This document shows, piece after piece, positions 1-15,000 of a stretch of 64,000 nucleotides of DNA (position 1 is its first letter; each line of letters opens with the position of its first letter). This DNA comes from Antedon mediterranea. Lineage: Eukaryota > Animalia > Echinodermata. The stretch lies in contig NC_092672.1 in assembly GCF_964355755.1 (NCBI RefSeq), positions 16,877,237 to 16,941,236 of the forward strand, in the 5' to 3' direction. A program made the position numbers and the translations under genes. The notes beneath the pieces are model-generated. The model made no database searches and had not been told where the DNA came from. It saw only the letters and a program-made list of their open reading frames with translations.

Positions 1-3000
1 CACAGAATAACTTCAAATCGCATTTGGAGACGTTTTAGACCATTCTGTGATTTTCGAAAAAACTTGTTAACATAAAAACATCAAAGTGCTTAAAATCACA
101 TTAGAAACAGTTTTAGACCATTTTGAGCATTTCGATAAAACTTTTCACACAAAAACATTAAAGAGCACAAAATAGCTTAATATCGTATTTAAAAACGTTT
201 TTGACCATTTTGAGCATTTCGACAAAAATTTTTCACACAAAACAGCAAAGTGTACAGAATAGCTTCAAATCGTATTTGGAGACGTTTTAGACCTTTTTGT
301 GATTTTCGAAAAAAAATGTTAACATAAAAACACCAAAGTGCTTAGAATAGCTTCAAATCGCATTTGGAGACGTTTTAGACCATTTTTTGATTTTCGAAAA
401 AACTTGTTACCATAAAAACACCAAAGTGCTTAGAATAGCTTCAAATCGCATTTTGAGACGTTTTAGACCATTCTGTGATTTTCAAAAAAACTTAACATAA
501 AAACATCAAAGTGCTTAAAATCACATTAGAAACCGTTTTAGACCATTTTGAGCATTTCGATAAAACTTTTCACACAAAAACATCAAAGAGCACAAAATAG
601 CTTAATATCGTATTTAAAAACGTTTTTGACCATTTTGAGCATTTCGACAAAAAATTTTCAAACAAAACAGCAAAGTGCACAGAATAACTTCAAAGACCAT
701 TTTGTGATTTTCGAAAAAACTTGTTACCATAAAAACACCAAAGTGCTTAGAATAGCTTCAAATCGCATTTTGAGACGTTTTAGACCATTCTGTGATTTTC
801 GAAAAAACTTGTTAACATAAAAACATCAAAGTGCTTAAAATCACATTAGAAACCGTTTTAGACCATTTTGAGCATTTCGATAAAACTTTTCACACAAAAA
901 CATCAAAGAGCACAAAATAGCTTAATATCGTATTTAAAAACGTTTTTGACCATTTTGAGCATTTCGACAAAAAAATTTCACACAAAACAGCAAAGTGCAC
1001 AGAATAACTTCAAAGACCATTTTGTGAATTTCGAAAAAACTTGTTAACATAAAAACACCAAAGTGCTTAGAATAGCTTCAAATCGCATTTTGAGACATTT
1101 TAGACCCATTTGTGATTTTCGAAAAAACTTGGTTACACAAAAACACCAAAGTGCTTAAAATAGCTTCAAATCGCATTTGGAGACATTTTAGAATATTTTG
1201 TGAATTTCGAAAAAACTTAACATAAAAACATCAAAGTGCTTAAAATCACATTAGAAACCGTTTTAGACCATTTTGAGCATTTCGATAAAACTTTTCACAC
1301 AAAAACATCAAAGAGCACAAAATAGCTTAATATCGTATTTAAAAACGTTTTTGACCATTTTGAGCATTTCGACAAAAATTTTTCACACAAAACAGCAAAG
1401 TGTACAGAATAGCTTCAAATCGTATTTGGAGACGTTTTAGACCTTTTTGTGATTTTCGAAAAAACTTGTTAACATAAAAACACCAAAGTGCTAAGAATAG
1501 CTTCAAATCGCAATTGGAGATATTTTAGACCATTTTGTGTTTTTCGAAAAAACTTGTTAACATAAAAACATCAAAGTGCTTAAAATCACATTAGAAACCG
1601 TTTTAGACCATTTTGAGCATTTCGATAAAACTTTTCACACAAAAACATCAAAGAGCACAAAATAGCTTAATATCGTATTTAAAAACGTTTTTGACCATTT
1701 TGAGCATTTCGACAAAAAAATTTCACACAAAACAGCAAAGTGCACAGAATAACTTCAAAGACCATTTTGTGAATTTCGAAAAAACTTGTTAACATAAAAA
1801 CACCAAAGTGCTTAGAATAGCTTCAAATCGCATTTTGAGACATTTTAGACCCATTTGTGATTTTCGAAAAAACTTGGTTACACAAAAACACCAAAGTGCT
1901 TAAAATAGCTTCAAATCGCATTTGGAGACATTTTAGAATATTTTGTGAATTTCGAAAAAACTTAACATAAAAACATCAAAGTGCTTAAAATCACATTAGA
2001 AACCGTTTTAGACCATTTTGAGCATTTCGATAAAACTTTTCACACAAAAACATCAAAGAGCACAAAATAGCTTAATATCGTATTTAAAAACGTTTTTGAC
2101 CATTTTGAGCATTTCGACAAAAATTTTTCACACAAAACAGCAAAGTGTACAGAATAGCTTCAAATCGTATTTGGAGACGTTTTAGACCTTTTTGTGATTT
2201 TCGAAAAAACTTGTTAACATAAAAACACCAAAGTGCTAAGAATAGCTTCAAATCGCAATTGGAGATATTTTAGACCATTTTGTGTTTTTCGAAAAAACTT
2301 GTTAACATAAAAACATCAAAGTGCTTAAAATCACATTAGAAACCGTTTTAGACCATTTTGAGCATTTCGATAAAACTTTTCACACAAAAACATCAAAGAG
2401 CACAAAATAGCTTAATATCGTATTTAAAAACGTTTTTGACCATTTTGAGCATTTCGACAAAAAATTTTCACACAAAACAGCAAAGTGCACAGAATAACTT
2501 CAAATCGCATTTGGAGACGTTTTAGACCATTCTGTGATTTTCGAAAAAACTTGTTAACATAAAAACATCAAAGTGCTTAAAATCACATTAGAAACCGTTT
2601 TAGACCATTTTGAGCATTTCGATAAAACTTTTCACACAAAAACATCAAAGAGCACAAAATAGATTAATATCGTATTTAAAAACGTTTTTGACCATTTTGA
2701 GCATTTCGACAAAAAAATTTCACACAAAACAGCAAAGTGCACAGAATAACTTCAAATCGCATTTGGAGACGTTTTAGACCATTTTGTGATTTTCGAAAAA
2801 ACTTGTTAACATAAAAACACCAACGTGCTTAGAATAGCTTCAAATCGCATTTTGAGACATTTTAGACCCTTTTGTGATTTTCGAAAAAACTTGGTTACAC
2901 AAAAACACCAAAGTGCTTAAAATAGCTTCAAATCGCATTTGGAGACATTTTAGAATATTTTGTGAATTTCGAAAAAACTTAACATAAAAACATCAAAGTG

Positions 3001-6000
3001 CTTAAAATCACATTAGAAACCGTTTTAGACCATTTTGAGCATTTCGATAAAACTTTTCACACAAATACATCAAAGAGCACAAAATAGCTTAATATCGTAT
3101 TTAAAAAAGTTTTTGACCATTTTGAGCATTTTGACAAAAATTTTTCACACAAAACAGCAAAGTGTACAGAATAGCTTCAAATCGTATTTGGAGACGTTTT
3201 AGACCTTTTTATGATTTTCGAAAAAACTTGTTAACATAAAAAGACCAAAGTGCTAAGAATAGCTTCAAATCGCAATTGGAGATATTTTAGACCATTTTGT
3301 GTTTTTCGAAAAAACTTGTTAACATAAAAACATCAAAGTGCATTAGAAACCGTTTTAGACCATTTTGAGCATTTCGATAAAACTTTTCACACAAAAACAT
3401 CAAAGAGCACAAAATAGATTAATATCGTATTTAAAAACGTTTTTGACCAATTTGAGCATTTCGACAAAAAATTTTCACACAAAACAGCAAAGTGCACAGA
3501 ATAACTTCAAATCGCATTTGTAGACGTTTTAGACCATTTTGTGATTTTCGAAAAAACTTGTTAACATAAAAACACCAAAGTGCTTAGAATAGCTTCAAAT
3601 TTCATTTTGAGACATTTTAGACCCTTTTATGATTTTCGAAAAAACTTGGTTACACAAAAACACCAAAGTGCTTAAAATAGCTTCAAATCGCATTTGGAGA
3701 AGTTTTAAACCATTTTGTGATTTTCGAAAAAACTTGTTAACATAAAAACATCAAAGTGTACAGAATAACTTCAAATCGCATTTGGAGACGTTTTAGACCA
3801 TTTTGTGATTTTTGAAAAAACTTGTTAACATAAAAACACCAAAGTGCTTAGAATAGCTTCAAATCGCATTTTGAGACATTTTACACCCTTTTGTGATTTT
3901 CGAAAAAACTTGTTAAAATAAAAACATCAAAGTGTACAGAATAGCTTCAAATCGCATTTGGAGACGTTTTAGACCATTTTGTGATTTTGAAAAAAACTTG
4001 TTAACATAAAAACACCAAAGAGCTTAGAATAGCTTCAAATCGCATTTTGAGACATTTTAGACCATTTTGTGATTTTCGAAAAAACTTGTTAAAATAAAAA
4101 CATCAAAATGTACAGAATAGCTTCAAATCGCATTTGGAGACGTTTTAGACCATTTTGTGATTTTGAAAAAAACTTGTTAACATAAAAACACCAAAGAGCT
4201 TAGAATAGCTTCAAATCGCATTTTGAGACATTTTAGACCATTTTGTGTTTTTCGAAAAAACTTGTTAACATAAAAACATCAAAGTGTACAGAATAGCTTC
4301 AAATCGCATTTGGAGACGTTTTAGACCATTTTGTGATTTTCGAAAAAACTTGTTAACATAAAAACACCAAAGTGCTTAGAATAGCTTCAAATCGCATTTT
4401 GAGACATTTTAGACCCTTTTGTGATTTTCGAAAAAACTTGGTTACACAAAAACACCAAAGTGCTTAAAATAGCTTCAAATCGCATTTGGAGAAGTTTTAA
4501 ACCATTTTGTGATTTTCGAAAAAACTTGTTAACATAAAAACATCAAAGTGTACAGAATAACTTCAAATCGCATTTGGAGACGTTTTAGACCATTTTGTGA
4601 TTTTTGAAAAAACTTGTTAACATAAAAACACCAAAGTGCTTAGAATAGCTTCAAATCGCATTTTGAGACATTTTACACCCTTTTGTGATTTTCGAAAAAA
4701 CTTGTTAAAATAAAAACATCAAAGTGTACCGAATAGCTTCAAATCGCATTTGGAGACGTTTTAGACCATTTTGTGATTTTGAAAAAAACTTGTTAACATA
4801 AAAACACCAAAGAACTTAGAATAGCTTCAAATCGCATTTTGAGACATTTTAGACCATTTTGTGATTTTCGAAAAAACTTGTTAAAATAAAAACATCAAAA
4901 TGTACAGAATAGCTTCAAATCGCATTTGGAGACGTTTTAGACCATTTTGTGATTTTGAACAAAACTTGTTAACATAAAAACACCAAAGAGCTTAGAATAG
5001 CTTCAAATCGCATTTTGAGACATTTTAGACCATTTTGTGTTTTTCGAAAAAACTTGTTAACATAAAAACATCAAAGTGTACAGAATAGCTTCAAATCGCA
5101 TTTGGAGACGTTTTAGACCATTTTGTGATTTTCGAAAAAAAGTGTTAACATAAAAACATCAAAGTGCTTAGAATAGCTTCAAATCGCATTTGGAGACGTT
5201 TTAGACCATTTTGTGATTTTGAAAAAAACTTGTTAACATAAAAACACCAAAGAGCTTAGAATAGCTTCAAATCGCATTTTGAGACATTTTAGACCATTTT
5301 GTGATTTTCGAAAAAACTTGTTAAAATAAAAACATCAAAATGTACAGAATAGCTTCAAATCGCATTTGGAGACGTTTTAGACCATTTTGTGATTTTGAAA
5401 AAAACTTGTTAACATAAAAACACCAAAGAGCTTAGAATAGCTTCAAATCGCATTTTGAGACATTTTAGACCATTTTGTGTTTTTCGAAAAAACTTGTTAA
5501 CATAAAAACATCAAAGTGTACAGAATAGCTTCAAATCGCATTTGGAGACGTTTTAGACCATTTTGTGATTTTCGAAAAAACTTGTTAACATAAAAACACC
5601 AAAGTGCTTAGAATAGCTTCAAATCGCATTTTGAGACATTTTAGACCCTTTTGTGATTTTCGAAAAAACTTGGTTACACAAAAACACCAAAGTGCTTAAA
5701 ATAGCTTCAAATCGCATTTGGAGAAGTTTTAAACCATTTTGTGATTTTCGAAAAAACTTGTTAACATAAAAACATCAAAGTGTACAGAATAACTTCAAAT
5801 CGCATTTGGAGACGTTTTAGACCATTTTGTGATTTTTGAAAAAACTTGTTAACATAAAAACACCAAAGTGCTTAGAATAGCTTCAAATCGCATTTTGAGA
5901 CATTTTACACCCTTTTGTGATTTTCGAAAAAACTTGTTAAAATAAAAACATCAAAGTGTACCGAATAGCTTCAAATCGCATTTGGAGACGTTTTAGACCA

Positions 6001-9000
6001 TTTTGTGATTTTGAAAAAAACTTGTTAACATAAAAACACCAAAGAACTTAGAATAGCTTCAAATCGCATTTTGAGACATTTTAGACCATTTTGTGATTTT
6101 CGAAAAAACTTGTTAAAATAAAAACATCAAAATGTACAGAATAGCTTCAAATCGCATTTGGAGACGTTTTAGACCATTTTGTGATTTTGAACAAAACTTG
6201 TTAACATAAAAACACCAAAGAGCTTAGAATAGCTTCAAATCGCATTTTGAGACATTTTAGACCATTTTGTGTTTTTCGAAAAAACTTGTTAACATAAAAA
6301 CATCAAAGTGTACAGAATAGCTTCAAATCGCATTTGGAGACGTTTTAGACCATTTTGTGATTTTCGAAAAAAAGTGTTAACATAAAAACATCAAAGTGCT
6401 TAGAATAGCTTCAAATCGCATTTGGAGACGTTTTAGACCATTTTGTGATTTTCGAAAAAACTTGGTTACACAAAAACACCAAAGTGCTTAAAATAGCTTC
6501 AAATCGCATTTGGAGACATTTTGGAATATTTTGTGAATTTCGAAAAAACTTAACATAAAAACATCAAAGTGCTTAAAATCACATTAGAAACCGTTTTAGA
6601 CCATTGTGAGCATTTCGATAAAACTTTTCACACAAAAACATTAAAGAGCACAAAATAGATTAATATCTTCAAATCGCATTTTGAGACATTTTAGACCCTT
6701 TTGTGATTTTCGAAAAAACTTGGTTACACAAAAACACCAAAGTGCTTAAAATAGCTTCAAATCGCATTTGGAGAAGTTTTAAACCATTTTGTGATTTTCG
6801 AAAAAACTTGTTAACATAAAAACATCAAAGTGTACAGAATAACTTCAAATCGCATTTGGAGACGTTTTAGACCATTTTGTGATTTTTGAAAAAACTTGTT
6901 AACATAAAAACACCAAATAAAAAAAACACAGAATAACTTCAAATCGCATTTGGAGACGTTTTAGACAATTTTGTGATTTTCGAAAAAACTTGTTAACATA
7001 AAAACACCAAAGTGCTAAGAATAGCTTCAATTCGCATTTGGAGACATTTTAGACCATTTTGTGATTTTCGAAAAAACTTGTTAAGATAAAAACATCAAAG
7101 TGTACAGAATAGCTTCAAATCGCATTTGGAGACGTTTTAGACCATTTTGTGATTTTCGAAAAAACTTGTTAACATAAAAACACCAAAGTGCTTAGAATAG
7201 CTTCAAATCGCATTTTGAGACATTTTAGACCCTTTTGTGATTTTCGAAAAAACTTGGTTACACAAAAACACCAAAGTGCTTAAAATAGCTTCAAATCGCA
7301 TTTGGAGAAGTTTTAAACCATTTTGTGATTTTCGAAAAAACTTGTTAACATAAAAACATCAAAGTGTACAGAATAACTTCAAATCGCATTTGGAGACGTT
7401 TTAGACCATTTTGTGATTTTTGAAAAAACTTGTTAACATAAAAACACCAAAGTGCTTAGAATAGCTTCAAATCGCATTTTGAGACATTTTACACCCTTTT
7501 GTGATTTTCGAAAAAACTTGTTAAAATAAAAACATCAAAGTGTACAGAATAGCTTCAAATCGCATTTGGAGACGTTTAAGACCATTTTGTGATTTTGAAA
7601 AAAACTTGTTAACATAAAAACACCAAAGAGCTTAGAATAGCTTAAAATCGCATTTTGAGACATTTTAGACCATTTTGTGATTTTCGAAAAAACTTGTTAA
7701 AATAAAAACATAAAAATGTACAGAATAGCTTCAAATCGCATTTGGAGACGTTTTAGACCATTTTGTGATTTTGAAAAAAACTTGTTAACATAAAAACACC
7801 AAAGAGCTTAGAATAGCTTCAAATCGCATTTTGAGACATTTTAGACCATTTTGTGTTTTTCGAAAAAACTTGTTAACATAAAAACATCAAAGTGTACAGA
7901 ATAGCTTCAAATCGCATTTGGAGACGTTTTAGACCATTTTGTGATTTTCGAAAAAACTTGTTAACATAAAAACATCAAAGTGCTTAGAATAGCTTCAAAT
8001 CGCATTTGGAGACGTTTTAGACCATTTTGTGATTTTCGAAAAAACTTGTTAACATAAAAACACCAAAGTGCTTAGAATAGCTTCAAATCGCATTTGGAGA
8101 CATTTTAGAATATTTTGTGAATTTCGAAAAAACTTAACATAAAAACATCAAAGTGCTTAAAATCACATTAGAAACCGTTTTAGACCATTTTGAGCATTTC
8201 GATAAAACTTTTCACACAAAAACATTAAAGAGCACAAAATAGATTAATATCTTCAAATCGCATTTTATGACATTTTAGACCCTTTTGTGATTTTCGAAAA
8301 AACTTGGTTACACAAAAACACCAAAGTGCTTAAAATAGCTTCAAATCGCATTTGGAGAAGTTTTAAACCATTTTGTGATTTTCGAAAAAACTTGTTAACA
8401 TAAAAACATCAAAGTGTACAGAATAACTTCAAATCGGATTTGGAGACGTTTTAGACCTTTTTGTTATTTTCGAAAAAACTTGTTAACATAAAAACACCAA
8501 AGTGCTAAGAATAGCTTCAAATCGCATTTGGAGACATTTTAGACCATTTTGTGTTTTTCGAAAAAACTTGTTAACATAAAAACACCAAAGTGCTTAAAAT
8601 CACATTAGAAACCGTTTTAGACCATTTTGAGCATTTCGATAAAACTTTTCACACAAAAACATCAAAGGGCACAAAATAGCTTAATATCGTATTTAAAAAC
8701 GTTTTTGACCATTTTGAGCATTTCGACAAAAAATTTTCACACAAAACAGCAAAGTGTACAGACTAGCTTCAAATCGTATTTGGAGACGTTTTAGACCTTT
8801 TTGTGATTTTCGAAAAAACTTGTTAACATAAAAACACCAAAGTGCTAAGAATAGCTTCAAATCGCATTTGGAGACATTTTAGACCATTTTGTGATTTTCG
8901 AAAAAACTTGTTAACATAAAAACATCAAAGTGTACAGAATAGCTTCAAATTGCATTTGGAGACGTTTTAGACCATTTTGTGATTTTCGAAAAAACTTGTT

Positions 9001-12000
9001 AACATAAAAACACCAAAGTGCTTAGAATAGCTTCAAATCGCATTTTTAGACATTTTAGACCCTTTTGTGATTTTCGAAAAAACTTGGTTACACAAAAACA
9101 CCAAAGTGCTTAAAATAGCTTCAAATCGCATTTGGAGACGTTTTAGACCATTTTGTGATTTTCGAAAAAACTTGTTACCATAAAAACACCAAAGTGCTTA
9201 GAATAGCTTCAAATCGCATTTTGAGACGTTTTAGACCATTCTGTGATTTTCGAAAAAACTTGTTAACATAAAAACATCAAAGTCCTTAAAATCACATTAG
9301 AAACCGTTTTAGACCAATTTGAGCATTTCGATAAAACTTTTCACACAAAAACATCAAAGAGCACAAAATAGCTTAATATCGTATTTAAAAACGTTTTTGA
9401 CCATTTTGAGCATTCAAAAAAAAATTTCACACAAAACAGCAAAGTGCACAGAATAACTCCAAATCGCATTTGGAGACGTTTTAGACCATTTTGTGATTTT
9501 CGAAAAAACTTGTTAACATAAAAACACCAAAGTGCTTACAATAGCTTCAAATCGCATTTTGAGACATTTTAGACCCTTTTGTGATTTTCGAAAAAAACTT
9601 TGTTACACAAAAACACCAATGTGCTTAAAATAGCTTCAAATCGCATTTGGAGACATTTTAGACTATATTGTGATTTTCGAAAAAACTTGTTAACATAAAA
9701 ACATCAAAGTGCTTAAAATCACATTAGAAACCGTTTTAGACCATTTTGAGCATTTCGATAAAACTTTTCACACAAAAACATCAAAGAGCACAAAATAGCT
9801 TAATATCGTATTCAAAAACGTTTTTGACCATTTTGAGCATTTCGACAAAAAATTTTCACACAAAACAGCAAAGTGTACAGAATAGCTTCAAATCGTATTT
9901 GGAGACGTTTTAGACCTTTTTGTGATTTTCGAAAAAACTTGTTAACATAAAAACACCAAAGTGCTAAGAATAGCTTCAAATCGCATTTGGAGGCATTTTA
10001 GACCATTTTGTGATTTTCGAAAAAACTTGTTAACATAAAAACATCAAAGTGTACAGAATAGCTTCAAATCGCATTTGGAGACGTTTTAGACCATTTTGTG
10101 ATTTTCGAAAAAACTTGTTAACATAAAAACATCAAAGTGCTTAAAATCACATTAGAAACCGTTTTAGACCATTTTGAGCATTTCGATAAAACTTTTCACA
10201 CAAAAACATCAAAGAGCACAAAATAGCTTAATATCGTATTTAAAAACGTTTTTGACCATTTTGAGCATTTCGACAAAAATTTTTCACACAAAACAGCAAA
10301 GTGTACAGAATAGCTTCAAATCGTATTTGGAGACGTTTTAGACCTTTTTATGATTTTCGAAAAAACTTGTTAACATAAAAAGACCAAAGTGCTAAGAATA
10401 GCTTCAAATCGCAATTGGAGATATTTTAGACCATTTTGTGTTTTTCGAAAAAAACTTGTTAACATAAAAACATCAAAGTGCATTAGAAACCGTTTTAGAC
10501 CATTTTGAGCATTTCGATAAAACTTTTCACACAAAAACATCAAAGAGCACAAAATAGATTAATATCGTATTTAAAAACGTTTTTGACCATTTTGAGCATT
10601 TCGACAAAAAATTTTCACACAAAACAGCAAAGTGCACAGAATAACTTCAAATCGCATTTGGAGACGTTTTAGACCATTTTGTGATTTTCGAAAAAACTTG
10701 TTAACATAAAAACACCAAAGTGCTTAGAATAGCTTCAAATCGCATTTTGAGACATTTTAGACCCTTTTGTGATTTTCGAAAAAACTTGGTTACACAAAAA
10801 CTCCAAAGTGCTTAAAATAGCTTCAAATCACATTTGGAGAAGTTTTAAACCATTTTGTGATTTTCGAAAAAACTTGTTAACATAAAAACATCAAAGTGTA
10901 CAGAATAACTTCAAATCGCATTTGGAGACGTTTTAGACCATTTTGTGATTTTTGAAAAAACTTGTTAACATAAAAACACCAAAGTGCTTAGAATAGCTTC
11001 AAATCGCATTTTGAGACATTTTACACCCTTTTGTGATTTTCGAAAAAACTTGTTAAAATAAAAACATCAAAGTGTACAGAATAGCTTCAAATCGCATTTG
11101 GAGACGTTTTAGACCATTTTGTGATTTTGAAAAAAACTTGTTAACATAAAAACACCAAAGAGCTTAGAATAGCTTCAAATCGCATTTTGAGACATTTTAG
11201 ACCATTTTGTGATTTTCGAAAAAACTTGTTAAAATAAAAACATCAAAATGTACAGAATAGCTTCAAATCGCATTTGGAGACGTTTTAGACCATTTTGTGA
11301 TTTTGAAAAAAACTTGTTAACATAAAAACACCAAAGAGCTTAGAATAGCTTCAAATCGCATTTTGAGACATTTTAGACCATTTTGTGTTTTTCGAAAAAA
11401 CTTGTTAACATAAAAACATCAAAGTGTACAGAATAGCTTCAAATCGCATTTGGAGACGTTTTAGACCATTTTGTGATTTTCGAAAAAAGTTGTTAACATA
11501 AAAACATCAAAGTGCTTAGAATAGCTTAAAATCGCATTTGGAGACGTTTTAGACCATTTTGTGATTTTCGAAAAAACTTGTTAACATAAAAACACCAAAG
11601 TGCTTAGAATAGCTTCAAATCGCATTTTGAGACATTTTAGACCCTTTTGTGATTTTCGAAAAAACTTGGTTACACAAAAACACCAAAGTGCTTAAAATAG
11701 CTTCAAATCGCATTTGGAGACATTTTAGAATATTTTGTGAATTTCGAAAAAACTTAACATAAAAACATCAAAGTGCTTAAAATCACATTATAAACCGTTT
11801 TAGACCATTTTGAGCATTTCGATAAAACTTTTCACACAAAAACATTAAAGAGCACAAAATAGATTAATATCTTCAAATCGCATTTTGAGACATTTTAGAC
11901 CCTTTTGTGATTTTCGAAAAAACTTGGTTACACAAAAACACCAAAGTGCTTAAAATAGCTTCAAATCGCATTTGGAGAAGTTTTAAACCATTTTGTGATT

Positions 12001-15000
12001 TTCGAAAAAACTTGTTAACATAAAAACATCAAAGTGTACAGAATAACTTCAAATCGCATTTGGAGACGTTTTAGACCATTTTGTGATTTTTGAAAAAACT
12101 TGTTAACATAAAAACACCAAATAAAAAAAACACAGAATAACTTCAAATCGCATTTGGAGACGTTTTAGACAATTTTGTGATTTTCGAAAAAACTTGTTAA
12201 CATAAAAACACCAAAGTGCTAAGAATAGCTTCAAATCGCATTTGGAGACATTTTAGACCATTTTGTGATTTTCGAAAAAACTTGTTAAGATAAAAACATC
12301 AAAGTGTACAGAATAGCTTCAAATCGCATTTGGAGACGTTTTAGACCATTTTGTGATTTTCGAAAAAACTTGTTAACATAAAAACACCAAAGTGCTTAGA
12401 ATAGCTTCAAATCGCATTTTGAGACATTTTAGACCCTTTTGTGATTTTCGAAAAAACTTGGTTACACAAAAACACAAAAGTGCTTAAAATAGCTTCAAAT
12501 CGCATTTGGAGAAGTTTTAAACCATTTTGTGATTTTCGAAAAAACTTGTTAACATAAAAACATCAAAGTGTACAGAATAACTTCAAATCGCATTTGGAGA
12601 CGTTTTAGACCATTTTGTGATTTTTGAAAAAACTTGTTAACATAAAAACACCAAAGTGCTTAGAATAGCTTCAAATCGCATTTTGAGACATTTTACACCC
12701 TTTTGTGATTTTCGAAAAAACTTGTTAAAATAAAAACATCAAAGTGTACCGAATAGCTTCAAATCGCATTTGGAGACGTTTTAGACCATTTTGTGATTTT
12801 GAAAAAAACTTGTTAACATAAAAACACCAAAGAACTTAGAATAGCTTCAAATCGCATTTTGAGACATTTTAGACCATTTTGTGATTTTCGAAAAAACTTG
12901 TTAAAATAAAAACATCAAAATGTACAGAATAGCTTCAAATCGCATTTGGAGACGTTTTAGACCATTTTGTGATTTTGAAAAAAACTTGTTAACATAAAAA
13001 CACCAAAGAGCTTAGAATAGCTTCAAATCGCATTTTGAGACATTTTAGACCATTTTGTGTTTTTCGAAAAAACTTGTTAACATAAAAACATCAAAGTGTA
13101 CAGAATAACTTCAAATCGCATTTGGAGACGTTTTAGACCATTTTGTGATTTTTGAAAAAACTTGTTAACATAAAAACACCAAATAAAAAAAACACAGAAT
13201 AACTTCAAATCGCATTTGGAGACGTTTTAGACAATTTTGTGATTTTCGAAAAAACTTGTTAACATAAAAACACCAAAGTGCTAAGAATAGCTTCAAATCG
13301 CATTTGGAGACATTTTAGACCATTTTGTGATTTTCGAAAAAACTTGTTAAGATAAAAACATCAAAGTGTACAGAATAGCTTCAAATCGCATTTGGAGACG
13401 TTTTAGACCATTTTGTGATTTTCGAAAAAACTTGTTAACATAAAAACACCAAAGTGCTTAGAATAGCTTCAAATCGCATTTTGAGACATTTTAGACCCTT
13501 TTGTGATTTTCGAAAAAACTTGGTTACACAAAAACACCAAAGTGCTTAAAATAGCTTCAAATCGCATTTGGAGAAGTTTTAAACCATTTTGTGATTTTCG
13601 AAAAAACTTGTTAACATAAAAACATCAAAGTGTACAGAATAACTTCAAATCGCATTTGGAGACGTTTTAGACCATTTTGTGATTTTTGAAAAAACTTGTT
13701 AACATAAAAACACCAAAGTGCTTAGAATAGCTTCAAATCGCATTTTGAGACATTTTACACCCTTTTGTGATTTTCGAAAAAACTTGTTAAAATAAAAACA
13801 TCAAAGTGTACCGAATAGCTTCAAATCGCATTTGGAGACGTTTTAGACCATTTTGTGATTTTGAAAAAAACTTGTTAACATAAAAACACCAAAGAACTTA
13901 GAATAGCTTCAAATCGCATTTTGAGACATTTTAGACCATTTTGTGATTTTCGAAAAAACTTGTTAAAATAAAAACATCAAAATGTACAGAATAGCTTCAA
14001 ATCGCATTTGGAGACGTTTTAGACCATTTTGTGATTTTGAAAAAAACTTGTTAACATAAAAACACCAAAGAGCTTAGAATAGCTTCAAATCGCATTTTGA
14101 GACATTTTAGACCATTTTGTGTTTTTCGAAAAAACTTGTTAACATAAAAACATCAAAGTGTACAGAATAGCTTCAAATCGCATTTGGAGACGTTTTAGAC
14201 CATTTTGTGATTTTCGAAAAAACGTGTTAACATAAAAACATCAAAGTGCTTAGAATAGCTTCAAATCGCATTTGGAGACGTTTTAGACCATTTTGTGATT
14301 TTCAAAAAAACTTGTTAACATAAAAACACCAAAGTGCTTAGAATAGCTTCAAATCGCATTTGGAGACATTTTAGAATATTTTGTGAATTTCGAAAAAACT
14401 TAACATAAAAACATCAAAGTGCTTAAAATCACATTAGAAACCGTTTTAGACCATTGTGAGCATTTCGATAAAACTTTTCACACAAAAACATTAAAGAGCA
14501 CAAAATAGATTAATATCTTCAAATCGCATTTTGAGACATTTTAGACCCTTTTGTGATTTTCGAAAAAACTTGGTTACACAAAAACACCAAAGTGCTTAAA
14601 ATAGCTTCAAATCGCATTTGGAGAAGTTTTAAACCATTTTGTGATTTTCGAAAAAACTTGTTAACATAAAAACATCAAAGTGTACAGAATAACTTCAAAT
14701 CGCATTTGGAGACGTTTTAGACCATTTTGTGATTTTTGAAAAAACTTGTTAACATAAAAACACCAAATAAAAAAAACACAGAATAACTTCAAATCGGATT
14801 TGGAGACGTTTTAGACAATTTTGTGATTTTCGAAAAAACTTGTTAACATAAAAACACCAAAGTGCTAAGAATAGCTTCAAATCGCATTTGGAGACATTTT
14901 AGACCATTTTGTGATTTTCGAAAAAACTTGTTAACATAAAAACATCAAAGTGCTTAAAATCACATTAGAAACCGTTTTAGACCATTTTGAGCATTTCGAT

